The position numbers and the translations under genes were made by a program. 54,646 bases of DNA from Octopus sinensis (taxonomy: Eukaryota), in assembly GCF_006345805.1 (NCBI RefSeq), contig NW_021833903.1:1-54646 (forward strand). The letters are read 5' to 3'. Shown here piece after piece: positions 37,657-52,031 of the stretch (position 1 is the stretch's first letter; each line of letters begins with the position of its first letter). A model generated the notes under the pieces. It did not search any database and was not told where the DNA came from. It saw only the letters and a program-made list of their open reading frames with translations.

Positions 37657-37761
37657 TGAGGTGGAGTCTAAGAATGATTTCACATAACCTTCTCAAGTAT
37701 GTGTAAGTGTATACTATACATTAATGCATGTGTATTTGTGTATGCATGAATGTGTATGTGT

Positions 37762-37792
<31 letters not shown>

Positions 37793-38319
37793 AACACACA
37801 CACATAAATGAGCGCACCCGCACACATGTATATGTATACACACACAAACACACACACCACAGCACACACGTACATCTATAAATAAAAATTTGACGTTGTA
37901 TTTTAAGGCTGAATGTCTTTAAATCACGAATGAGCAGATGTTTTAGCAAAGTGTTCCAACCATAACCATCACGTCTTTTTATGCCGACAGATTACATGAA
38001 CACACACAGTAGCCATCTCTTAGAAATTTCATTTTAAAGACAGTATTCTGTTGTCTGCGAGAGAGATTTGGCTGTTTTGTTTAACAGATCGGTTGGATAT
38101 GTAGAAGTTTTCAGATTGGGTCGTGACAACAAGCGTCTTTCTATTCGGTCCTTAAGAATTTTGATTCCATTATCAAAGAAAATACCAGATTTTCTTTTTT
38201 TTTTTTTGTGAAGCTTTTTTTGCCGGAGGTTTTATTAAGCATTCAAGTAACTTAACCCTAGGTCATGGAAAAATAACAAACTTAAAGGAAAATCTAATAT
38301 TCTGGTCTCCCAGACATGT

Positions 38320-38750
38320 GTCCCCACAGAGCTGTCTTCTATGGAAGTGAAACATGGACAATATATTAGAGAGGAGAAAGAGGATGACACGGCCTACGCA
38401 TGCGCTCTTTGAGGAGAATTCTCAGCATCAGACAAAATTTCAGACACAGTTCTTCGGAGAGCAGACATCACACTTACTTCGAGATGACTCAGATGGCCAG
38501 AGCAAGATACACCAGTGGATGACTCTTGAACCATCAAGCAAATATTGCATGGATAACTTGCAGATGAGAAAAGGAGCACTTTAATCAATCTATTCTGAAA
38601 GAGTTCATCGATGACAGAAACTGGGAAGAATTAGCAAAGATCCACCATAGCACGTGAAGATGATCAATTGTGCAGAGAAGAGCCAAAACTTCTGAAGACC
38701 TTTACATTCAAGGGGCTGAGGAGACAAGACAAAGGAATAAGTGCACAATA
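38320..38750 (+). pseudogene. RTE-clade LINE ORF C-terminal fragment
   Basis: FYGSETWTIY, RSLRRILSIR, IKQILHG*LADEKR and NWEELAK motifs typical of RTE C-termini; multiple frameshifts. Confidence 0.75.
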
Positions 38751-39289
38751 ATGGTAGACACTTTGAATTTAACATTGTTCTACTCGCTTGGAATTGTCTA
38801 AAAAGCCATGATGCTAATTGGGAATTTGTTAATTAAAAGAAATTGGTCGTAAGAAATGAAGAAGATATTGTCTGCGCGGCCATCGACCAACGACAACAAA
38901 GGTTCAACAGAAGGTTCACATATTCCGTGAAGTTATATTCAAACTGCACTAACTACGCTATAATTCTATCATCTGATGATGACATTGGTTCCTAGTGATT
39001 ACAGTGTTGCATTCATGATCACAAGATCGTGGTTTCAATTTCTGATCCAGGTTGTGCTTTGTGTTCTTGAGCAAATTCATTTCATTTCATTTCATGCTAC
39101 TTCAGCCCACTCAGCTGTAACTGTGGTAACCCTACGACGCCCTTGAGTCCCGTTCAAAAGGATTGTTGTGGTAACGATCACATATACACCTTGGCAACCG
39201 GATATCCGGTCCTGTGACTCACAGGATTCGCTATAGTACTATCCGCGTTGTTACTATAAGCTAATATCAACACATTTACGCTGCATATC

Positions 39290-39485
39290 GGTTTCAAGTG
39301 TTGGCATAAGGCCAGAAAGTTAAGTGAGTTACATTGGCCCCATTTTTCAAAAGCTACTTATTTCATCGACCACCAAATGAATAAAAGGCAAAGTCGACCC
39401 AAGCGGAATTTGAACTCAGAACGTAAAGACGGACCAAATGCCGCTAAGCATCTTGCCTCGAGTGCTAACGATTCTGCCAACTACA
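39290..39485 (-). mobile_element. SINE (short family)
   Basis: aaaggcaaagtcgacccaagcggaatttgaactcagaacgtaaagacgg...gctaacgattctgccaact. Confidence 0.85.
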
Positions 39486-39843
39486 TACCATCATTTCCAC
39501 TGTATATTAACCACAGAAAACAAAAGACCTGCTATTATTACATATTGCATATTTAAGACATAACTGCTATGACTCGACAACAAAAGAAGCTAGACGAACA
39601 GACTTCGGGGAACTCGCCATCTGTTTGCTAGAAATTTTCTTGGTGTTTTTATATATTTATTATTTATTTATTTATTTATTTATTATCTTTATGTTTTCTT
39701 ACACTTTAATCTTTCTTTCTAATCTGCTGTCTTCAAATTGTTCTTTTCTTAATGGGATTATTATCGTTTCTCTTTCAAATGCTTGTCTGTAAATATACCC
39801 ATATATATATATATATGTGTGGTGTGTGTGTGTGTGTGTGTAC

Positions 39844-39875
<32 letters not shown>

Positions 39876-40027
39876 GTATATACATATATATATATATATA
39901 TATTATATATATACATATATATACATTATATATATATAAGCATGTATGTGTGAGTATATATAAGCATGTATGTGTGAGTATATAAATATATTATGCATAT
40001 ATATGTTTATAAATATATATATACATG

Positions 40028-40069
<42 letters not shown>

Positions 40070-40146
40070 AATGTGTATGTATGTATGTGTGTATGTATAA
40101 GCATATACGTGGACATAGAAGGACTAATCATCCATCTGTTTACAAA

Positions 40147-40194
<48 letters not shown>

Positions 40195-40557
40195 TGCGTG
40201 TGTGCGTGCATATGTGTTGTGTGAGTACGTTTCTGAAAACATGCCTTCCGTGTGTATGCGCGCGTGTCTGAAAGGTTTCCGCTCATCTTTTCGCATTTTC
40301 GCCTGCCAAAGATTTCCACTGGTTTTGCTTCTTGTAACAATTTGTATTTTCGAAATCAGTGAAGCCATTAAGTGCGCAGGAAATACAATTACCTAAACGT
40401 TTAGATTATTGCTCTGATAATATTCACACACACTTGATTCCGGGTGGATGTATTCCTGTTTCGCTTTCGTCACACAAGTTTACCTTTCAATACGGCGTCC
40501 TTTCGAGCAACTTCGCAACCATGTTTGCAAAACACGGACGCACACAGATATATATAT

Positions 40558-40635
<78 letters not shown>

Positions 40636-40674
40636 TACATACATACATACATACATACATACATACTACATACA

Positions 40675-40706
<32 letters not shown>

Positions 40707-40739
40707 CGCATGCACGCGCACACACATGCACACATACTT

Positions 40740-41305
40740 ATATATCATTTGCTGGACTGCTCTGAAGAAGTTTAGTCGAGTAGTTAGAGCCCGGTACTTG
40801 TTTTTATGTGTAGTATATATTCTGTTAATCCCGTTTGCTGAACCGCTTCTCGATTGTGGGATAAACAGACCAACAACAATCCGAAGATTAGAAAGTTTTT
40901 TACATACAAAATTTAGAGGACTGACCACTAAAAGTAGACAGCCCTTATGCTAGATATAGACGTCAAAATCGCCCATTTTCCACGAAGAATGTGTTCTCAA
41001 GAAAAAAAACTCAGCAAAAACCAAAGCGCTTTGGTTTTTGCCTGAGGTTTTTTTTTCTTGAGAACACATTCTTCGTGGAAATAGCATAAGGGCTGTCTAC
41101 TTTTAGTGGTCAGTCCTCTAAATTTTGTATAGATATGCATATATGAGGGGCTTCCACGAAGTTTCTATCAAATTCTCTCTCAATGCTTTCGTAGACCACG
41201 TGTTAAAACAGAAAACATTGGCCCAAAGTGCCGGAGGCACAGTAGGACTGAACCTGAAACCATCTGGTTGCAGAACGAGATTCTTAACAACGCCGCCATG
41301 TCATA
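40740..41305 (-). mobile_element. Diverged long-family SINE split by a palindromic insert
   Basis: The 3' half lies at 40740-40900 (gctgaaccgc..) and the 5' half at 41135-41305 (ggcacagtaggactgaacctgaaacc). Confidence 0.6.
40907..41127. mobile_element. Palindromic MITE-like insert with TA flanks
   Basis: TA|caaaatttagaggactgaccactaaaagtagacagcc...cctctaaattttg|TA; zero-spacer centre aaagc|gcttt at 41027/41028. Confidence 0.8.
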
Positions 41306-41331
41306 GATAGACAGGCAGGCAGACAGACAGG

Positions 41332-41440
<109 letters not shown>

Positions 41441-41844
41441 GACATCTTACCCTGTCACTTGATGGCCAATGGAAAAACAGGACACAATTAATGGAGAAAA
41501 ATAAACGTTGGTAACTGAAAATTCTATCAACAAAATCGATTTTTATGGAACGAGAATGTGATTTAATTTGATTTCTATTATTTGTGAACCTTGACTTGGT
41601 GAAGAACAACAATGTTTAGTATAATATAATTTCCCATTCCCTCCAGCTTTACGTGTGTCGAAAAATATATATAATAGAGTAGCCATAACTGCAGACGATG
41701 AGTAAATGAATCGAAAGAACAATGTCAAAAGAAATCTTTCAGGCTGAGAGATTTCCGACATTATTATTTGCAAGAATCTAAAATAGTTGCGTCATCGAAT
41801 TCTTGCGTTTCTTTGCAACATTATTTGAGTTCGCATCTTTTATC

Positions 41845-42200
41845 TTTTTTCTGTTTTCAGTCATTAGACTACGACCATGCTGGGGTATCACCATGAAGAA
41901 ATTTTAGTCGACTGAATCGACCCCAGGGTTTGTTTAAAATTTTTTTAAGCCTGGTACTTATTCTATCGGTCTCTTTTGCTAAACCGCTATGTTACAGAGA
42001 CATAAAAAACACACCAACACCAGTTACCAAGCGGTGGTGGGGGACAAACACAGACACAAAGACACACACATGTAGATATATACACATATACATTCGACGG
42101 GCTTCTTTCAGTTTCCGTCTACCAAATCCACTCACACGGCTTTGGTTGACCCAAGGCTGTAGTAGAAGACACTTGCCCAAGGTGCCGGGACTGAACTCGG
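41845..42200 (-). mobile_element. SINE (long family)
   Basis: gacgggcttctttcagtttccgtctaccaaatccactcac...gacacttgcccaaggtgcc. Confidence 0.9.
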
Positions 42201-43002
42201 AAGAAAAATGTTTTTATCGTAGTGTTTTATTGGATGTTTTTCAGTTCTATTCTTCCTCTACAACTTTTATTTATCATTTTTTAAAATTTGAATAAATCTT
42301 GCCTCTTTTCAGACATGACTTGGCGATGGAACGCCAAGTAGAAAGGATGTGTATTTTCAACACCTGTTTGCCTTGCTTTCGATTAAGGTTCCGCTCGAGA
42401 CATTTGTGTTGTCTATGGAGAAGATGCCATTACTGAAAGAACTGCACAGAAATGGTTTTCACACTTCAAAGAGTGAAAATTCATCCTCTCAGACTCTCCA
42501 CATCTCCGTGGACCAGTTCAATTCAATGAGGACCAATTGAACGAGCTCATCCCCGGGATTTGCCCCAGTCTATTAGGGAATTTGTCCAGCAGACGGGATG
42601 CTCTCGTGGTAACCGTCACCCTTCGGTTACACAACGACCTCCTTCAACTCGCCAACGTTGCTTCCATCTCCGTTGCTAATTTGACCAAAAGTGCTATTCA
42701 AGATCTCGGTTGAAAATCTCTACGGCACTCGCCATATTCTCCTGATATGAAACATTCGGATTATCACTTTTGTCTGTCACTCTCTAACTGACTGCGAAGC
42801 GTTTCCTTCAACGTGACTTGAGGAATTCTTCGAGTGAAGACCATATTATTTCTACCGTCAGGTCACGACAAGTTAGTAGGACGTTGGCAAAGGATTCGTA
42901 GACAATGATGGCGAAAATTTTATTGATTGACTTGTCAAAATTGTTGGTGAAAAAAAGGAAGAAAATGGAAGAAAACGAAGGAATATATCTGACAATCTAA
43001 TA
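42200..43002 (+). mobile_element. Internally deleted mariner transposon
   Basis: DICVVYGEDAITERTAQKWFSHFKE (HTH), HSPYSPD..SDYHF and KLVGRW motifs; TIR-like atctgacaatctaa|ta end. Confidence 0.85.
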
Positions 43003-44024
43003 CTTGAGTAATCTCTAACAGCCATGTAAAGGTTTAACGTTTGGACAAGTTATATATCACGGAGAGATGTCTTCTGCATTTGAAATGTAAAAGAGCCATC
43101 CTTTCAAAGAACACTCTTGACATTAAACGGCCAATTACTAAGAAGCTGCGGTCAAAAATTATCCGCCACATAGGAATGCAATATCAAATGTTACGGGAGT
43201 CCTCTCAATTATTGATAATTGACTTGTGTGTGTGTGCGGGTGTGTGTGTGTGCGGGTGTGTGTGTGTGTGCGGGTGTGTGTGTGTGCGGGTGGGTGTGTG
43301 TGTGCGGGTGTATGTGTGTGTGCGGGTGTGTGTGTGTGTGCGGGTGTGTGTGTGTGTATGACAGAGACCCGCTTGAAAGAACAATTTAAAACGCATTTTG
43401 GTTCGATTGACAACTGTGGCTAAGATGTTCATGCTGTCTGTGGAATGAGTTCTTTTCCTTTTATATCCATGAAAAATATGTTCAGAAACTTTCAGAGCTC
43501 ACTACTGACATTAAAGCCACACGTGTTACACTGGCTGTCTGAGACGGTTTAAAATAATAATAAAAAAAATGAATGCAGCTCATATGGCAGGTAGAAGCTA
43601 AATGTAATTGATATATGGAGCGTCAAAATTTTGTAAAGCAAGAATTTGCAAGCCAGCATCCAACTCAGCTAAGGCTGAGATTCATCCATCAAATGTGCTC
43701 TGTATTGTCATATTCTTGCTAATAAATGGATTTGGACAAATCCGACCCAAGAAATTGTAAGAGATATGAGAACAGGTGAGGTATGGTTCATAAAATCCAG
43801 TTCACAAATGTTTTACTCTGCAAATATTCCGTCGCATTCAAGCCAATGTTTTATTTGTCATCTTCATAGGGTTTCCTTAAGGTATAACTGTGTGGTGAAC
43901 TCCACTAGGTTTCTGGTTCGGTCACACAACGCAGCACTATGGGTAAGAGTCTGGTACTATAGCCCCAGGTCGATTAATGCCTTGTGAGTGAAACCCATCG
44001 TACAAATACACACACACACACACG

Positions 44025-44074
<50 letters not shown>

Positions 44075-44104
44075 GATACATAGATACAGAATTATATATG
44101 TTCT

Positions 44105-44250
44105 TAAGTTGCGTGGCTTAGCGGTACTTGGCCCATAAAATCGATTTCGAATCCCACCGACGGCGCACTGTGTCCTTGAGCAAGACACTTTATTTCACGT
44201 TGCTCCAGTCCACTCAGCTGACAAAAATGAGTTGTACCTGTATTTCAAAG
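44105..44250 (+). mobile_element. SINE (third family), partial
   Basis: ttcgaatcc B box and gtgtccttgagcaagacactttatttcacgttgctccagtccactcagctg core. Confidence 0.85.
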
Positions 44251-44904
44251 GTGGAATTATAGATACAAACAGTGAGGAACTGTGACAGAGCTGAATATAT
44301 CATTATATTTATCAACATATGAGGTCACGACTGGAAAGACTTTAATCGTAGATTTACTCAATCAGGGTTGAGGTAAGTCTAAAGGAAAACAAACATTGAC
44401 AGACAAAAACAAAAACAAAGTGTCACTTTTTATCTTTAAATAATCAGATACAAATATTTCGTCAGTTCCCAATTATTTTGGATTTTTTTCTGTTTCTTTG
44501 ATAAGAAAATTATTGCATAAAACGGTTGACAGCCTTACATTTAGTCGTTTTAATATTCCGGCAAAAGAAAATAAACAAAACAAATTGTTCTCACTGTAGA
44601 CGGGTGATATCTGTAGCGAAAAAGCTGCCAAGAAAGTTTTTTGAGGATATCTTTTTATGTGTTCTATTGTAGTTTGGCGAGACACCTAAGTTTATGTGCC
44701 CCAATTCGTGCAGCATTCGGGAGGAAAATAGATTCCAGACCGTCTGGGAATAGTTTGATGCCAACAACATTTATAACTAGTCTTCTGTATCCATCATAAG
44801 AAACTCCTATAAAATTATTCAACTGTAGAATTCCACGAACCGTTTTCGAGTCTATGATACACCAGAGCAAACACTCATAAACAGACGCCTACACAAAAAT
44901 AATA

Positions 44905-44979
<75 letters not shown>

Positions 44980-45049
44980 CACACACACAATCGCACACGC
45001 ACACACACACACACACATGCACGCACACACACACACCCAAACATATATA

Positions 45050-45425
45050 TACGAGGTCTGATCAATAAGTATCCGGACTATTGCTGCCATAGTAACGACG
45101 CTAAAGCATGCAGAGTAAAGCTGCTAGGCATAGATTGACCTTGAACTCTGCTATGCAGGCGCACCAAGTTTTAACGTTCTAGCTCACTTCCGCTGTTTAC
45201 AACAGTGCTTCGAAGGAAGGTGTGTAGCGTGTGATCGTCGCATTGACCATGACAGAGAAAGTTGTCATGGCGATACCTGCTCAAAGGCCTACGCAATGCT
45301 GCAGAAAGTGTAAGAAGAGGAATGTATGAGCTGCACACAAGTGTACGAGTGATTCAGACGTTTATAAGATGTCCGAAAAAAATGTCGATATTGACAAACA
45401 CTCTCGAAGACCCACAAACAGCAGT
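45050..45425 (+). mobile_element. Mariner 5' fragment
   Basis: TA|cgaggtctgatcaataagtatccggac TIR; GDTCSKAYAMLQKV*EEECMSCTQVYE*FRR..DIDKHSRRP HTH relic. Confidence 0.85.
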
Positions 45426-45775
45426 ATTCGTTTTTTGAAAAAAAAAGTCCCTTCCCATGCTTTTGTTTTTATGTTTTCGTTTCACATTCTGTTCAACGTT
45501 TTTTTTGGTGTCCTGTACCTGTATAGGCATTTATATATACATATAGATGTAGGTATGTACATATATGTATGTATATATGCATATGTTTATATATTATTTT
45601 GTTATTATATGATCGAACACCACGCATCCACTTCCAAGTAAGTTTTATCTTAATATATATACATATATATATGTATATATATTATGTGAGTGTATGTGTG
45701 TATACATTCATATATACATTCGTGAACACACACGCTCACACATATACATACATACATACATACATACGTACATAC

Positions 45776-45808
<33 letters not shown>

Positions 45809-46381
45809 CATGTAGATGCATGCATTCTCTCTCCTACCCCACTCCTCTCTCATTTTCTCTGTCTCCTTATTTCTAAGGAACCTAACTGAGAAACAGACCG
45901 AAGAAGCAAAACAAAAAGAAAACAAAAAAAAAACAATACGCACATCTGTATTGTTGCATGTGACAAAGAAAAGTAAAATAAAATTTTTAGGAACGAAAAT
46001 ACCATTTTACCATTTTCTTGTTGAAACTACCTTATAAGGTAAAAATATCTCCACAGATTATGTGATTTTAAGTTTGCAAGAATTCTACATTACCATTCTC
46101 AAAGTCTAAATACAGCTAGACATGAAACGAGATGCACCATTTCTACATATCCTTTTGCAACATTTTAGCTTCTGTTAAAACGGTTAAAATATATTGTAAT
46201 AACATGGAGATCGGGGGTTTTACGTAACACCTGCACACCATAGAATCGCTATAATTTAGTAGCATGTCATGGCAGACAGCAGGCTATTGGCGGCGCTGGT
46301 GAAACACTTCTGTGTATCTGTGTGTATGTGTCTCGGTGTATTGTGCATATGTGTGTTTTTTCTATAGATAGATGGGTGTAA

Positions 46382-46465
<84 letters not shown>

Positions 46466-46516
46466 CATATATACATATATATCTACACGCATACATATAA
46501 TTATATATATATATGT

Positions 46517-46555
<39 letters not shown>

Positions 46556-46875
46556 ATATATATATATATATATGCATGTGCGTATATATATACAGAGAGA
46601 GAGAGAGGTGGAGAGGGAGAAGATATTGGTTGGTAGGTAAGTAGGTAGGTTGGTAGTTAGGCAGGTAGATAATAAGTGTGTTTAAAACGACCAGTTTTTA
46701 AAAACATTATTTTAAAAAATGAATTTACAAAACTAGAATTGAGAAACACCGCATCTCTGGAGGTTGAGCCAACCCTATTTGAACTTCATGCTTAATAAAT
46801 ACCGTTAAAAATATAATACATACGGGCATGTAATATATACAAACTATATTACGTGTTGTAACGCTTTCATATTGG

Positions 46876-47073
<198 letters not shown>

Positions 47074-47459
47074 TTTATGTTTATAATACACTGTATTATA
47101 TACCTTGCGTGTCTGGGGAGATTTTGATACGGTTTTATCTATTTATTTATAATATTGTGATATCATTTTGTTTTTATACTCTTTCTTCACGTTATTCCTT
47201 TTCTAATTAAGACACGCTTAAAATTAATGTGTTGTATCAGTTTTCTTTGTATTAAACAATTTTTCTTCACTGTACTATATTTCTCGGTATTAACTTTCAG
47301 CTGAAATATATACCAATCATTACGCAGATCTTTCTGTAAACAGAATGAAAATCAAATTTAAGGTCGGATACACAAAATATTAGTTTCATCGCAAATTTAA
47401 TGTGTTTAAGTCGTTTATGAAACCAGGCAACACCAGCTACTGGCTGCTAGAAAATAATT

Positions 47460-47665
47460 CTTTCTAGTTTGGCCCAAGGCCAGGAGTTTTGAGGGGATGG
47501 GGAAGTCGATTACATGGACCGCAGTGCTGGTACTTCTTATTTTATCGAGCTCGAATAGATGAACGGTTAAGTCACCCTCGCGTGATTAGAACTCAGAAGT
47601 TAAAGCAGAAACAAACACCACTAAGCATTTTTGTCCAGTCTGCTAACGATTTTGTCAGCTCTCTG
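47460..47665 (-). mobile_element. Diverged SINE (short family)
   Basis: ggcccaaggccag...gtcgattacat...gaactcagaag...gctaacgattttgtcagct. Confidence 0.75.
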
Positions 47666-47737
<72 letters not shown>

Positions 47738-47750
47738 TAATAATAATAAG

Positions 47751-48532
47751 GACTGGATGTTAAAACTTGTCTCAAAACATGAAAACAAGAAAGCATCATA
47801 CTCAGTCACAAAACAGGCAAAGGAATATCTAAGTGAATTCCGAATACAACCAATTTCGGAATTAGAGATAGATATACAAGAAACAAGCACAGAAAAAGCT
47901 AGGCGCATGAAAACCCGTGCCAAAACTGCGGCCTTAGATATTCTGAATAATAAATGGCAAGAAAAACCTCTCTATGGCAAATACCCAAAGAGAGCGAATA
48001 ATGCAGATATCGACAAAGCCCTGACCCATCAATGGCTAATGGCCTCTGGCTTAAAATCTGAAACAGAGGGGTTTATCATAGCAGCTCAAGATCAATGCCT
48101 ACCAACAAGAAACTACCAGGCCAACATATTAAAGATCAGAAGCAGTCCAACGTGTCGTGTATGCAAGCAACAAAATGAAACATTGACCATGTGGTCTCCA
48201 AGTGCAGTCTTCTAGCGCCTACAGAATATCTCAACAGGCACGATAGAGCTGCACAATATATTCACTGGGTAATCTGTAAAAACCTGGATTTGCCCCATGA
48301 AAAAAACTGGTGGGAACACAAACCACCCCCAGTGCTTGAAAATGACCACATCTCACTCCTCTGGAACTTCACCATTCATACTGACAGGAAGATAGATGCA
48401 AATAGGCCAGACATCATATTGAAAGACTTCAGACAAAGAACATGCCTCCTCATTGATATGACTGTCCCAATCGATATAAACGTATCTGTCAAGACCTACC
48501 AAAAACTGAGCAAATATAAAGATCTTGAAATA

Positions 48533-48535
<3 letters not shown>
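47751..48535 (+). mobile_element. Dong-like family B copy truncated at both ends, in (AAT)n
   Basis: DWMLKLVSKHE...SGLKSETEGFIIAAQDQ...CRVCKQQNET..ANRPDIILKD..KDLEIE. Highly similar to 23793-24254, with a 1-bp frameshift near 48180. (AAT)n lies on both sides. Confidence 0.93.
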
Positions 48536-48623
<88 letters not shown>

Positions 48624-48719
48624 CTCTCCCATCGAAGACGACGTATGAATGTTCATTTTTGCTGAACGGCCTGCGAAAATGATTTGCTTGTGGATATCAA
48701 ATGTATGTGCCGTACATTA

Positions 48720-48900
48720 GCTCACCTGTCCCTCCATCAAGTCGGCGTTGTCTGTACAAGTATACAGGTTTGCCGCTCATCAGATGTCGAAATGATCGCA
48801 AAATAACGTGAAATGAAGAGTTTTGCTCAAGAACACCACTCACTGCTCAGTTTGGGAATCGAGTGATCTTGAGTTCAACACCGAAACCTCTAGGTCACGT
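48720..48900 (-). mobile_element. Diverged SINE (third family)
   Basis: aacgtgaaatgaagagttttgctcaagaacac...gggaatcga, the reverse of the core and B box. Confidence 0.65.
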
Positions 48901-49889
48901 GCTTTCACAATAATAATAATAATTTCAAATATTCTGGGTGATTGAATGAAATTATTCAGTAATAAGTGAATAATAGAACCTATAGGAAAAATAGATTTTG
49001 TTGTCCTGAGTGGTGCGTGGATGGTCGCTGGGGTGTGCTCTTACTGTCCAAGCAGAATCTTTCACTGATCTCCAACCAGTCTTGTCTCAGATCAATTCAT
49101 GATAAACGTAAAAGGTTCACAATGAGCGTATCATGTTATCAAGGATTAGTGTTAAATGAAGCAGCGATAAACGAGGATTGATATACAGGATTGAGTGAAT
49201 TCGGAACTAAATTAATGTTGATTTAAGTAATACGCTGCCAAGTCAACGATATTGTATAACAAAATATATTTTAACCAGACATTAATATAATATCTACTAG
49301 ATTCCAACTTCGAAACTTGGATAGCAACACACTACAACACGAGAAGTTTGAAAGAATAAAAAAAGAGAAGCAGCTTGTTTTGAAAATCTTCAAAGTTAAT
49401 TTGATCTGCTGAGATGATATTTGTCACCGCCAGTTTTCTGAGTAATCCAAAAGAATTTTCCTTTAAATCTAATATGTTATTTAGTTAAGACAGACGACAC
49501 CTGAAAATATGGAATGTCTGGCAGGGTGGAAGAGGGGTAAAGATTAAAATTATTTGCCAGGAATATGGTATAAGAAAACACAGTTTTCAGTGACTTTACA
49601 TTGCTAATAATAACGGTTTCTAACCTCGGCGCAAAGCCAAATGTTGAGAAGAGGAAGAGTCGCATATTCGACTGTATCGATCTAAGAACTGGATTATATT
49701 AATTCAATATTTGATTAAATCGACTGATATTTATTTAATTGATCTCAGGAAGACGAAAGGGAAGTTAGAATTTGAAGTCAGAATATAAAGATTCGTAATT
49801 AAATATTACATCGCATTTTGTCCGATTTTGATAGAACAAAATACCAAGTTCGTTTTAATTGACAAACTTATCACCACACCCAATGTCAG

Positions 49890-50130
49890 TCCTTGTGGCT
49901 AGGGAATCCGCCTTCACCTTCGATGATGTGTTTCAATGCGGCACCAGAATCGTCGATAATTCTGCATTAAATGGTCCTTATTCATTTTAGACATCCCCTG
50001 GACAATGGCGGCCGATTGCGAAGCTAGAGTGTCGTGAGGGTGTCAATTCGTCTCCCTTTTCAACAACACTCCAAGCATTAATAATCCACTGGATTTCAAT
50101 CTGGCGAGTTTGGAAGTCACAAGTTTCGTG
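49890..50130 (-). pseudogene. Tc1/mariner (maT/DD37D-like) transposase C-terminal relic
   Basis: PNSPD*NPVDY..WSVVEKETN*HPHDTLA...MSKMNKDHLMQNYRRFWCRIE..IEGEGGF across frameshifts. Confidence 0.7.
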
Positions 50131-50451
50131 TTTTTGTTGAAAACCATTATTTCATAGAAAGAAAGACATAATTCGCCATATCAGCAGGATACACTGAATT
50201 CGCTGGTGTATTAGAGCGTCGGTCAAAATGCACTGTGATATTTAGACACGACCTTCATATTGTGAGCTCAAATCTTGCTGCGTTCAACTTTGCCTTTTAT
50301 TCTTCTCGAGATGCTAAAATAAAACCCCTGTCAAATATCAGGATCGTTTTAATCGCTCGTTATCCTCTTCCGAATCTCAGGTCTTGGCCTATGTAACAAT
50401 GCACTATTTCATTAAAACAAGGGTAGAAATTTGCATTATTTAAGGCGTTTA

Positions 50452-50660
50452 AAAGCAGCGAGCTGACAGAATAGTTCGCATGCTAGAAAAATATTTCGCA
50501 GCATTCCTTCTAACTTTGTTTTCAGTTCAAATGCTGGCAAAGTAGACTTGGCCGTTCATTGTTACGGAGTAAATTACGAACCAGTCGAGCATTGAGATCG
50601 ATGTAATCGACCCCCCCCCCCAAATGTCAAGCTTTTGTATCTACGTTAGAAGCAATTATT
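50452..50660 (+). mobile_element. Diverged SINE (short family)
   Basis: gcagcgagctgacagaatag head, cagttcaaatg, tcgatgtaatcgaccccc..aaat tail. Confidence 0.75.
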
Positions 50661-50974
50661 TCTTATGTTGATTTTATGCATGGTATACTTCAATTTCCGG
50701 ATCGTTGTGTTTATAAACATCCTATTCTTGAAGAATAGTCTCAACAGATGTTTTGATCTAGAGGGCCCAATCAGCGATTGCCTTCCGCAATATCCTCTTT
50801 CGTTGCTCTTCAGGGTACTAATGAGATAATGTAGAAGATGGTTGGGAATTCGAGCGTTTGGTCTGCACCCTCACAACTGAAAAGCAGTTTTCTATTGCGG
50901 CTGAAAATATTACTGCAATGCTTAAGTTAGTGATAACCTACGTAACAGACGGGTCGTTAAAAAGGTTTAAAGTA

Positions 50975-51435
50975 AATATTGGTTTCAAATTGGACAAAAG
51001 GCCAACAAGGTGGAGGTAGTAGGTCGACTACATCGACTCCTGTGTTCAGCTAGTTCTTATTTTAAGGCATGAGGGAGGGGGGCAGACGATTATATCGACC
51101 CCTGTACGCAACTGGTACTTAATTTATCGACCCCCGAAAGGATGAAACACAAAGTCGATTTCGGCGGAATATGAACTCAGAACGTAAAGACAGACGAAAT
51201 GCCTATTTATTTACTACCCTCAAGGGGCTAAACATAGAGAGGACAAACAAGGACAGACAAACGGATTAAGTCGATTATATCGACCCCAGTGCGTAACTGG
51301 CACTTATTTAATCGACCCCGAAAGAATGAAAGGCAAAGTCGACCTCGGCGGAATTTGAACTCAGAACGTAGCGGCAGACGAAATACCACAAAGCATTTCG
51401 CCCTGCGTGCTAACGTTTCTGCCAGCTTGCCGCCT
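50975..51435 (-). mobile_element. Cluster of three nested/adjacent short-family SINEs (youngest, full length, at 51203-51435)
   Basis: Repeated atcgacccc..gaaag.atgaaa..caaagtcga...cggcggaat.tgaactcagaacgta cores; head gctaacgtttctgccagcttgccgcc. Confidence 0.85.
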
Positions 51436-51661
51436 TTATAATAGCAAATATTGCAATGAAACTACTTAAACCAATATTAGTCAATGACAAGTAACGGTTT
51501 TACCTCCCAGGTAAGTGCGGGATACAGCCCCTGGCATATATCCGTCTTATAGCAAACTTATCAGAAAAGCATAACCTTCACCGCTTTTACCAAAGTAGTC
51601 AGTGATGAGTGAATTTCTAAGCAAATATAGAAGACTGCTTAAATAGATGTTGTTATATATT

Positions 51662-52031
51662 TACTAGCGTTGCTCAGGCTTGTTTTCGTTAGAATTTTTT
51701 TAAAGTAAAAGTTTTGCATTATGTAGCTTGTTATTCTCTTTAAGTGAACATTTTTCTGGTTGAAATACACAGAAAGATGGTGACACAGCAGTGAAAAAAT
51801 CGTAAAAAATAGGGATTTTTCATAGAAAAAAGCATCTTTTTGATGTAAATAATTTTCGGTGTTAACATGGTCCGATTTGAAATTTTTCTTCTACGGAAGG
51901 AAGAACAAGTCTTCTTCTATAATACTCTCAATTTTGGTCAACTTACGCCGCAGGGTCTCGGAAGAGATAGTGTTAGTTGAAGGCTACCAAACCTTCCACA
52001 CACAGACAACTTCAGCTTTATATATATAGAT
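51662..52031 (+). mobile_element. Helentron/HINE-like non-autonomous element
   Basis: 5' tactagcgttgctcaggcttg; 3' cacacacagacaacttcagctttatatatatagat; T/T flanks. Confidence 0.65.
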
